Below are positions 9,311 through 16,600 of a stretch of DNA of 64,000 nucleotides, piece after piece. Each line of letters starts with the position of its first letter. The first letter of the stretch is position 1. Under the pieces are notes generated by a model, which had not been told where the DNA came from, did not search any database, and saw nothing but the letters and a program-made list of their open reading frames with translations. This DNA comes from Candidatus Woesearchaeota archaeon (GTDB lineage Archaea > Nanobdellota > Nanobdellia > Pacearchaeales > UBA284). The position numbers and the translations under genes were made by a program. The stretch spans positions 210,879 through 274,878 of the forward strand of contig CAYGZP010000001.1 of the NCBI GenBank assembly GCA_964354405.1, written 5' to 3'.

Positions 9311-10084
9311 ATGTTCGGTAGATCTAAAAGAAAAGGAAAAAAAATAAAACCTGCTAAAAGAGTAGGCGGATTGACTTATGAAGCAGAGAAAAAGATTGTC
9401 AAAAGCATTGCCAAAAGGCTGCATCCTTTCTTTACCCCCAACAGACTCACACTAATTTCATTTGTAGCATCATTTCTTACAGGTCTTTCTTATTTTCTTG
9501 CAAGATTTAGTAAATGGTGGCTGATAGCTGCTTCTTTTTTTCTCATAATTGTTTGGTGGGGCGATAGCTTGGATGGGGCAGTCGCCAGAATCAGAAAAAT
9601 AACCAGGGAGCGCTTTGGGTATTATCTGGATCATATCGTCGATATGATTGGCGTTTTTTTCATAGTTTTGGGTATGAGTTTATCAACAGGAATGAATGGA
9701 ATTCTTGCTTTTGGTTTGTTAATTGGGTATTATCTCGTTTGTATAAATACTTTCCTCGCAGCTTATACCCACAACAAATTTAAACTAGCTTATGGCAATC
9801 TGGGGCCTACAGAGATAAGGATTGTAATGATTATAATAAACACAGTTATACTTTTCTTTGAATTTCCTTTGAATCTTTTCAATATAGGGAATATCAACTT
9901 TACTTTATGGGATGTTTTTGCGATAATTGCACTGGGTTTTTTTGCATATGCTTTTTTTGCGGGTATTGTAGAAAATTTGATTTATTTGAATAAAATAGAC
10001 AAAAAAAAGTATAAAGAGATGTCTATCCAAGAAGTTTTTCAGAAGAGCCAGTTTATCAAATCTCTTCAAGAAACATATGGATAA
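9311..10084 (+). CDS. CDP-alcohol phosphatidyltransferase family protein
   Basis: TPNRLT and DSLDGAVAR...GYYLDHIVD motif; multiple TM helices. Confidence 0.9.
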   Translation: MFGRSKRKGKKIKPAKRVGGLTYEAEKKIVKSIAKRLHPFFTPNRLTLISFVASFLTGLSYFLARFSKWWLIAASFFLIIVWWGDSLDGAVARIRKITRERFGYYLDHIVDMIGVFFIVLGMSLSTGMNGILAFGLLIGYYLVCINTFLAAYTHNKFKLAYGNLGPTEIRIVMIIINTVILFFEFPLNLFNIGNINFTLWDVFAIIALGFFAYAFFAGIVENLIYLNKIDKKKYKEMSIQEVFQKSQFIKSLQETYG

Positions 10085-10127
10085 TTTTTTGAATGAATTT
10101 TTAAAGATTCTTATCCGATTAAAGAAA

Positions 10128-10224
10128 CGCCGCGGCAGGGAATTGAACCCCGATGCCCTTGCGGGCGAGGCTTTATGGTTTTTATTATTTCCAGGCCTCT
10201 GCGATACCATTACGCGACCGCGGC
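10128..10224 (-). tRNA. tRNA-Ser(GGA) with 16-nt intron (10173-10188)
   Basis: GCCGCGG acceptor; GAGGC-CTGGAA[intron]A-GCCTC; long variable arm GCCCGCAAGGGC. Confidence 0.9.
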
Positions 10225-10285
10225 ACCTGAACAAAAGTATACAAAACTATAAAAATCTTTTTTATCTTGAATAAATGAGGCTAAG

Positions 10286-11503
10286 ATGCAGATAATAGCA
10301 GATTTACACATCCACAGTAGATTCAGCAGAGCCACAAGCAAGGATTTGACTATCGCGAATCTGGAGAAATGGGCGAAAGTCAAGGGTTTAGATTTGTTGG
10401 GGACAGGAGACTTCTCGCATCCAGAATGGATTAAGGAGCTTAAATCCGAGCTCACTGAAGATGGCTCAGGAATTCTAAAAACAAAAAATGGATTTCCTTT
10501 CATATTGACGAATGAAGTCTCTTTGATGTATTCGCAAGATGGCAAAGGTAGAAGAATTCATCTTGTCTTGCTTGCCCCAAGCCTCGATATCGTCGATAAA
10601 ATCACAGATTATCTAAAGAGTAAGGGTCGCATAGATTATGATGGCCGCCCGATTTTTAACATTCCTTGCGATGAATTTGCAAAAGCAATGTTCGAAATCT
10701 CGAGCGATATTGAAATTATCCCAGCTCATGCCTGGACACCATGGTTCGGCATATTTGGCTCAGCAACGGGCTTCGACTCTATCGAAGAAGCTTTCAAAGA
10801 ACAAGCCAAATATATTCATGCATTTGAGACAGGCATGTCAAGCGACCCTGAAATGAATTGGAGGCTAAGCAACTTGGATAAATACACTATAGTTTCCTTT
10901 TCTGATTCACATTCATCCTGGCCTTGGCGTATAGGGAGAGAGGCCACAGCATTTGAACTTCCAAGATTGACTTACAAAAATATTATAGAATCGATAAGGG
11001 ACAATAAAATTGCATTCACAATAGAAACCTCTCCAAGTTATGGCAAATATCATTATGACGGCCACAGATTCTGCAGCTTCTCGTGCTCGCCAGAAGAGGC
11101 AGAAGATCACGATAACACATGTCCGATATGCCACAAACCTCTGACAATAGGTGTTTTACACAGAGTCAATGAATTGGCAGACAGGAAAGAAGGATTCAAG
11201 CCCGAGCATGCGAAGCCCTTCAAAACTCTCTTGCCTTTGCATGAGTTAATCGGCGCTGTTTTCGAAGTTTCAATGACTTCCAAGAAAGTTTGGCAAGAAT
11301 ACAACAAATTGATAGAAACTTTCGGCAATGAACTTAACATATTGCTTAATGTGTCTTTTGATGAGCTAAGGAAAGTAACCTCGACAAAGATTGTTCATGT
11401 CATTAAAGTCAACAGGGAAGGCAAGATAAAAGTAAAGCCCGGTTACGATGGTGAATATGGTGAGCTCATTCTCGAGGCCGAGAAACAAGAGACTTTGTTC
11501 TGA
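10286..11503 (+). CDS. Endonuclease Q family PHP-domain protein (TIGR00375-like)
   Basis: DLHIHSRFSRATS, GTGDFSHP, PAHAWTPWFG, SDSHS, GKYHYDGHR, CPIC, PGYDGEYG. Confidence 0.9.
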   Translation: MQIIADLHIHSRFSRATSKDLTIANLEKWAKVKGLDLLGTGDFSHPEWIKELKSELTEDGSGILKTKNGFPFILTNEVSLMYSQDGKGRRIHLVLLAPSLDIVDKITDYLKSKGRIDYDGRPIFNIPCDEFAKAMFEISSDIEIIPAHAWTPWFGIFGSATGFDSIEEAFKEQAKYIHAFETGMSSDPEMNWRLSNLDKYTIVSFSDSHSSWPWRIGREATAFELPRLTYKNIIESIRDNKIAFTIETSPSYGKYHYDGHRFCSFSCSPEEAEDHDNTCPICHKPLTIGVLHRVNELADRKEGFKPEHAKPFKTLLPLHELIGAVFEVSMTSKKVWQEYNKLIETFGNELNILLNVSFDELRKVTSTKIVHVIKVNREGKIKVKPGYDGEYGELILEAEKQETLF

Positions 11504-11550
11504 TTTTCAATAATCTTTATTTAACTTAATAGTAGTAACAAACAGAAAGA

Positions 11551-11558
11551 TTTATAAA
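11551..11558 (+). promoter_or_regulatory. Putative TATA box of DGR target gene (leaderless transcript)
   Basis: TTTATAAA preceded by purine-rich BRE-like AGAAAGA, 29 nt before ATG 11580; similar spacing at other genes in the window. Confidence 0.55.
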
Positions 11559-11579
11559 CTCCTTTTTCTTAAAATAAGC

Positions 11580-12287
11580 ATGGAAACAAAAGAATTAAAC
11601 GGCAATGGAAAAATTGTTGTAGCAAGAACAGAAATTTATGTTCCTCATTTAGGCGAAGTTTTGGCTTTTAGTTTGCCAATGACAGGCCCTAACTATTTTA
11701 AAGATATAATGGGCGCAATCGACCAGGATAAGAGATTGAGGCCTACAACTGCACAAACTTTATCTTTAGTTGATTTAGCTTTACAAAACCCTGATGAAGA
11801 GCATTGCGAAGAAATTTTAAGTAAATTTAAAAAACAGTATTTTTGGACATCAACAGAAAATTTATGGGGCAAAGAAGATGTAATTGTTTATGATAATCCT
11901 GATGGAACCATGCCTTCTGACAGGAAATCATTGATAAAAAGACATAAAGACGGCGATAAAGCAGTCAGAATTGTTCCTTATGGGTTTAGAACAGGAAGAC
12001 AATCAGTTGATGAATTGCTTAAAAATCCTTATGTAATTGCTCAAATTGGAAATAAAGAAATTCTTGATGTTGTTAAAAGAGTAGCTGAAGGAATAAGCGA
12101 AAATGAGCCTCATCTTTGGGCTTTAAATCCAACTCAAGAAGATGTTAAAAGATATACCGCGCTGTATTCCTACTGGTATGATGACAGGTTCAGCCTGAAT
12201 GGCAGCTGCGGTGACTACAGCAGGGATGGCTATGCTTCTGGGGTGCGTAATGCGAGCGCTGAAGGCGCGAAGCCGCAAAAAAAGTAA
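11580..12287 (+). CDS. DGR target (variable) protein, C-terminal VR
   Basis: VR encodes ALYSYWYDDRFSLNGSCGDYSRDGYASGV near the C-terminus. Confidence 0.92.
   Translation: METKELNGNGKIVVARTEIYVPHLGEVLAFSLPMTGPNYFKDIMGAIDQDKRLRPTTAQTLSLVDLALQNPDEEHCEEILSKFKKQYFWTSTENLWGKEDVIVYDNPDGTMPSDRKSLIKRHKDGDKAVRIVPYGFRTGRQSVDELLKNPYVIAQIGNKEILDVVKRVAEGISENEPHLWALNPTQEDVKRYTALYSYWYDDRFSLNGSCGDYSRDGYASGVRNASAEGAKPQKK
12157..12245 (+). repeat. DGR variable repeat (VR)
   Basis: 77/89 identical to 12498-12586; all 12 differences face TR adenines (4 A>T, 8 A>G). Confidence 0.95.
12256..12276 (+). promoter_or_regulatory. GC-rich GAA-loop hairpin(s) downstream of VR (candidate target-recognition element)
   Basis: GCGCT-GAA-GGCGC (12256-12268) overlapping GC-GC-GAA-GC(C)GC (12265-12276); absent after TR. 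Confidence 0.55.
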
Positions 12288-12379
12288 GCATAAGTTTATT
12301 AATTCTAAATTTAATCCTTTTTTGTCTTAGTTAAACTTCTCAATTCAAAAATAAACAAGAGAAGAAATTAGGGCCACAC

Positions 12380-12486
12380 GCCTGTTAATAGTGCTTGCTC
12401 AAATGAACAAGACATAAAATCAACTGCGACATTAAGTAAAGCAATTGAAATATGAAGCAGTGGTGATTTACTTTCAATTAATAGGC
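12380..12486 (+). ncRNA. Predicted structured RNA (three-way junction) 5' of TR
   Basis: Hand-found stems 12380-12389/12477-12486, 12394-12400/12405-12411 and 12417-12427/12457-12469. Confidence 0.4.
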
Positions 12487-12497
12487 TACATAGCTGT

Positions 12498-12586
12498 CCG
12501 CGCTGAATTCCAACTGGAATGATGACAGGTTCAACCTGAATGGCAACTACGATGACAACAACAGGAATGGCTATGCTTCTGGAATG
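12498..12586 (+). repeat. DGR template repeat (TR)
   Basis: Non-coding copy of VR with 28 adenines, 9 AAY codons in the target frame; ends 23 nt before the RT ATG. Confidence 0.95.
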
Positions 12587-12609
12587 GCTCTAGTTCTAAG
12601 ACTTATAAT

Positions 12610-13678
12610 ATGGCTAAAACATATAATCACCTTTATGAAAAAGTTATTTCTTTATCTAATTTAATTCTTGCTTGGCGAAAAGCGAGAAAAGGCAAAACAA
12701 AGAAGAATTATGTCAAAGAATTTGAAAAAGATACTCTAGGCAATTTGCTGAGATTGCAGAAAGAACTCTCTGAACAAACCTACTCGCCAAAACTACTTGT
12801 AACTTTTATTCTGCGAGATCCAAAAACTCGCAAGATTTCAAAATCTGCTTTTCGCGATAGAATTGTGCATCATGCATTATGCAATGTGATTGAGCCTATC
12901 TTCGAAAAGCTCTTTATTAATGATTCTTGCGCTAATAGGATTGGAAAAGGCAATCTTTTTGCTCTAAAAAGATTTGATGAATTTAAGAGAAAAGTTTCTA
13001 GAAATGGAAAAATAAATGGCTGGTTTAATAACAATCAAATAAGGGGATACTGCCTTAAGGCAGATATAAAACATTATTTTGAAGAAGTTAATCATGAAAT
13101 TCTTGTAAATATACTAGAAGGGAAAATCAGAGACGAAAGAACTATTTGGCTGATTAAACAGATACTTAACACTACTGTTTTTAATTCGGGGGGGGGGGGC
13201 GAACGAGAAAAAAAGTATGCCTCTTGGAAACTTAACTTCGCAATTCTTCGCCAATGTTTATTTAAATGAATTGGATTATTTTGTAAAACACAAACTAAAA
13301 GCAAAATATTACATAAGATATGTTGATGATTTTATTATTTTGCATGAGAATAAAATTCAACTTGAAGAATGGAAAGAGCAGATTAACAAATTTTTAAAAG
13401 AAAAATTAAAACTTGAGTTACATTATGAGAAGTCAAGAGTTATTGCTTTATCAAGAGGCATTGATTTTGTTGGCTTCAGGAATTTTTATTATTACAGATT
13501 ATTAAGAAAAAGAAATATTAAGAAAATGATATTTAAGATTAAAATGCTTAAAGAAGGCGTATTAAGTTATGGAAAACTTCTTGAAAGCTATCAAGGATGG
13601 CAGGCTTATGCAAGATGGGCAGATACATATAACTTAAGAAAGAAGATCCTTATGGAAATTGATAAAAGTAAAATATAA
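12610..13678 (+). CDS. DGR reverse transcriptase, interrupted by a +1 frameshift near G12 tract 13188-13199 (track ORFs 12610..13269 and 13217..13678)
   Basis: N-part: KTRKI, FRDRIVHHAL, LKADIKHYF; C-part: MPLGNLTSQFFANVYLNELD, YIRYVDDF, GIDFVGF; removing one base gives a 355-aa RT. Confidence 0.93.
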
Positions 13679-13728
13679 AAGTCTCGCGGGCTTTTTCTAA
13701 GCAAGCCCCCATAGGTCAATGGATGATT

Positions 13729-13800
13729 GGGCGCATAGTATAATGGATAGTATGAAACCTTGCGGAGGTTTTGATCCGGGTTCGAATCCTGGTGCGCCCA
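13729..13800 (+). tRNA. tRNA-Arg(GCG)
   Basis: GGGCGCA/TGCGCCC-A; anticodon arm AAACC-TTGCGGA-GGTTT; TTCGAAT T loop. Confidence 0.9.
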
Positions 13801-13804
13801 TTTA

Positions 13805-14668
13805 ATGTTCGAATCTCAGTGGGGGCATTTTAATAAGATGATAAAAAGGGTTTTTACAATTTTTATTTTTCTTTTGCTCGCGATTCTTGTTTCCGGCTGC
13901 GTTCAGGAAAGCGCGATAAGGCAAAGGATTCTCCAGCAAACCACAATAATTGAAGTTGTCGACGGTGACACAGTCAAGACATCTGACAATGAAACTCTGA
14001 GACTATTGCATATAAACACTCCTGAAAAAGGCGAGAAATGTTATAGTGAAGCAAAAGCAAGATTGAAAGAGCTGGTTGAGAACAAAACAGTTTGGCTTGA
14101 GCGCGACATGCAAGATGAAGACAAGTACAATAGAAAATTAAGATACATTTTTCTCAGTGCAAACACAAATTCTCAGGATTATCAAGATTTTGTGAATCTG
14201 ATGATTATTCGCGAAGGTTATGCCTCCCTGCTTATGATTGAACCGAACATGAAATATCAACAGGTTTTCGAACTCGCGCTAAATGATGCTTCACAAGAAC
14301 AAGGATGCATTTGGGGTTCGCCAAGCAATTACAAGAATTGTTTTGTTATAGAACAGTTTCACTCTGATGCAGAAGGCGATGATTGCGAGAATGCAAATGA
14401 TGAATATGTTTCACTAAAAAATATCTGTCAAGATATCGAAATGAAAGATTGGACAATCAAAGACTCTTCAAGAAAGGTTTATACTTTTAAAGATTTCACC
14501 GCAAAAACTAATAGCATATTTACTTTATACAGCGGCTCTGGTGCGGACAATGAACTTTCTCTTTTCTGGAATTCCGAGTTAACTTGCCCTTCAATATGGA
14601 ACAATGACCATGATTCATTATTTTTGCGCGATGCCGACGACAATCTTGTTCTGCAATATATCTATTAA
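13805..14668 (+). CDS. Thermonuclease (SNase) family lipoprotein with lamin-tail-like domain
   Basis: LVSGC lipobox-like; VVDGDT, RLLHINTPE, DKYNRKLRY; C-terminal NDEYVSLKN...IWNNDHD; start may be 13838. Confidence 0.88.
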   Translation: MFESQWGHFNKMIKRVFTIFIFLLLAILVSGCVQESAIRQRILQQTTIIEVVDGDTVKTSDNETLRLLHINTPEKGEKCYSEAKARLKELVENKTVWLERDMQDEDKYNRKLRYIFLSANTNSQDYQDFVNLMIIREGYASLLMIEPNMKYQQVFELALNDASQEQGCIWGSPSNYKNCFVIEQFHSDAEGDDCENANDEYVSLKNICQDIEMKDWTIKDSSRKVYTFKDFTAKTNSIFTLYSGSGADNELSLFWNSELTCPSIWNNDHDSLFLRDADDNLVLQYIY

Positions 14669-14711
14669 CTTTACTAAAGGTTTTTAAATTTCTCTCGCTT
14701 GGAAAAATTAA

Positions 14712-14783
14712 GCCTCGGTAGCTCAGCGGTAGAGCACTGGTCTCATAAGCCAGGGGTCGCGTGTTCAACTCACGCCCGAGGCA
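14712..14783 (+). tRNA. tRNA-Met(CAT), probably elongator (Ile2 not excluded)
   Basis: GCCTCGG/CCGAGGC-A; anticodon arm CTGGT-CTCATAA-GCCAG. Confidence 0.88.
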
Positions 14784-14898
14784 TTCTTGATGATTTATTG
14801 GAGATTATTGTTTCAATTGTCTACAATAATCTTTTTAAATCCAGGATAAAGATATATTCTATCAAAAAAGAGATAAGACAGGAATAAAAGAGGCAAAA

Positions 14899-15300
14899 AT
14901 GGAAAGTTTGTCAGTAGATTCATTGAAGAACTTCTTTTCTGAGTTTCTAGAGCAGTACAAGCAGGAAGCTGAGAAGAAATGTCCTAAGCACAAAGAACAG
15001 TTGACGCTTCTCAATTCATTTCCTGTAAAAGTCGATTTGTTATGTGATAAAAATCTGCATTATTCCGCTATTCTTTTGTCTAAGAATTCCAAGCCATTCT
15101 CAGAATTTGTGGTCGATACTACTTTCCAAGATCCGATGATGGTTGTAGCTACAGCTAATTCCAAGAGATACCAGTATGGCGAAGCTAAAAGTTTCTTATA
15201 TTTATTGCATACCAATGCAAAAGTGTTCCCAAAATGGCATTCGAGCACTTTTGTAAAAGATTTCATAGATTTTGAGATTTCTAAGAATAATTTTAAATAA
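14899..15300 (+). CDS. Hypothetical protein
   Basis: 133-aa ORF with GAGG upstream; no motif recognised. Confidence 0.6.
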   Translation: MESLSVDSLKNFFSEFLEQYKQEAEKKCPKHKEQLTLLNSFPVKVDLLCDKNLHYSAILLSKNSKPFSEFVVDTTFQDPMMVVATANSKRYQYGEAKSFLYLLHTNAKVFPKWHSSTFVKDFIDFEISKNNFK

Positions 15301-15335
15301 AAAGATAAATAAAAAACAAAAAAAAGAAAAAAAGT

Positions 15336-15635
15336 TTATTTCTTGAGTAAAGTGATATCTATAGTTGAAACATTGACCCGTCTGCCTTCCTTGTTATCAA
15401 ATTCTTCACTGTTAATCTTAATGTCTTTCACTTCAATTCCATGTTCTTTCAAGAATCTCTTTGTTGCGACTTCTGCGACGTCAACAGCGCGAGCAATGAA
15501 CTTTCCCCTCGCCTTGATGACTACTTCTTTCGCGCCCTTAGTTGTAAATTGCATCACTACAGCAGTCACATAATTCATAAAAGGTTTGCCTCCTATGAAC
15601 ACAATGTTTTCATCTGTTCTGCCTTTTCCTTCCAT
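15336..15635 (-). CDS. albA: DNA/RNA-binding protein Alba
   Basis: [35 protein letters not shown]; start after GGAGG. Confidence 0.95.
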   Translation of the reverse strand: MEGKGRTDENIVFIGGKPFMNYVTAVVMQFTTKGAKEVVIKARGKFIARAVDVAEVATKRFLKEHGIEVKDIKINSEEFDNKEGRRVNVSTIDITLLKK

Positions 15636-15689
15636 TTTACCTCCGTTGTTTTTGTCTAAGCTGATGCTTAGCATGAGTTGTTATTTTAG

Positions 15690-15905
15690 TTATTTCCACT
15701 TCTTTGGTTTTTTGTTCTTAGTTTCTTGTTTCTTTATTCTGGCAATGTAGCCAGAAATGCTGTTTCTGGTTCTTTTATCTGTTTCTGGCAATATCTTTGC
15801 CATTATTTTCTTGTTTTTCTCAAAACTATTATCAAATAACTCTGGATACTTTTCCAAGAGCTTTCTTGTAGTTCTTTTTATTCCCTGTGATTTAACTCGC
15901 CCCAT
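15690..15905 (-). CDS. rps17e: 30S ribosomal protein S17e
   Basis: MGRVKSQGIKR...FEKNK...RNSISGYIAR. Confidence 0.93.
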   Translation of the reverse strand: MGRVKSQGIKRTTRKLLEKYPELFDNSFEKNKKIMAKILPETDKRTRNSISGYIARIKKQETKNKKPKKWK

Positions 15906-15915
15906 TGTGACTTGT

Positions 15916-16557
15916 CTAACTCCCTTTGCCCTTATATCTACCTCGGCTTTCAACCTTTTTAAGCCTTTCTAACACCATCGAGGCATTTTTCGATGTTTTG
16001 TAGCCTTCGCTGACTGCCTTGAAGAACTCTATCCAGTGTTTAAAGTGCTTTGCCTCTAAAGCTTCTCGCAACAAGTGCAGATCAACTGCCTTGTCTTCTG
16101 TTCTATCTGAATGAAACCCCAATCCGAAATCGATAAAATATACCTTATTCCTGCGCAAGATCATGTTGCTTGTTGTCAAGTCTCCATGTACAATGCCCAT
16201 ATCATGTAATTTCGCTGTGCTTTCACCAATTTTCTTGCAAATCTCTAAACCTTTAGTCAATGGGAAGCTATCAAGCGCTTGGCTGAGCACTTTACCGTCG
16301 ATAAATTCCATCTCGATTTCGGTTTCTGGCTCAAGATTTTTCTTTGCTTTTCCATCAATCGCTTTGACTTTTGGCACTGAAATAACTTGAGAAGTCTTTT
16401 CTAAAAGCCTTGCCTCTCTTCTTGTGCGAGATGCTCGCAGCATCAAGTCAATTGCTTCATGCCTATAGCCTTTCTTTATGCGCATTTTCTTTAGAATATT
16501 GCCCCGTTTAATCAACAAAGCTTCCGCGCCCCTCCCAATAATTTGTTCCTTTGCCAT
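15916..16557 (-). CDS. bud32: KEOPS complex kinase Bud32
   Basis: GAEA, RTRREARLL, HGDLTTSN, IDFGL, EDKAVDL, RGRY. Confidence 0.93.
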   Translation of the reverse strand: MAKEQIIGRGAEALLIKRGNILKKMRIKKGYRHEAIDLMLRASRTRREARLLEKTSQVISVPKVKAIDGKAKKNLEPETEIEMEFIDGKVLSQALDSFPLTKGLEICKKIGESTAKLHDMGIVHGDLTTSNMILRRNKVYFIDFGLGFHSDRTEDKAVDLHLLREALEAKHFKHWIEFFKAVSEGYKTSKNASMVLERLKKVESRGRYKGKGS

Positions 16558-16600
16558 TTTACAGTTTATTTTGATTAAATTTGATTAGAATTAATAATTT

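Larger units (their letters stand above)
11580..13678 (+). mobile_element. Diversity-generating retroelement (target gene-VR, TR, RT)
   Basis: 89-nt TR/VR pair with only adenine-specific mismatches, next to a DGR-type RT. Confidence 0.95.

Noticed and set aside
12288..12497. Possible avd ORF between target and TR
   Set aside because: Only 210 nt and no ORF of 60 aa or more in the track; too short for Avd
12610..13678. RT as group II intron, retron or CRISPR-associated RT
   Set aside because: Short (355 aa repaired), no maturase/endonuclease extension or cas genes; the adenine-specific TR/VR pair and LGNLTSQ motif indicate a DGR
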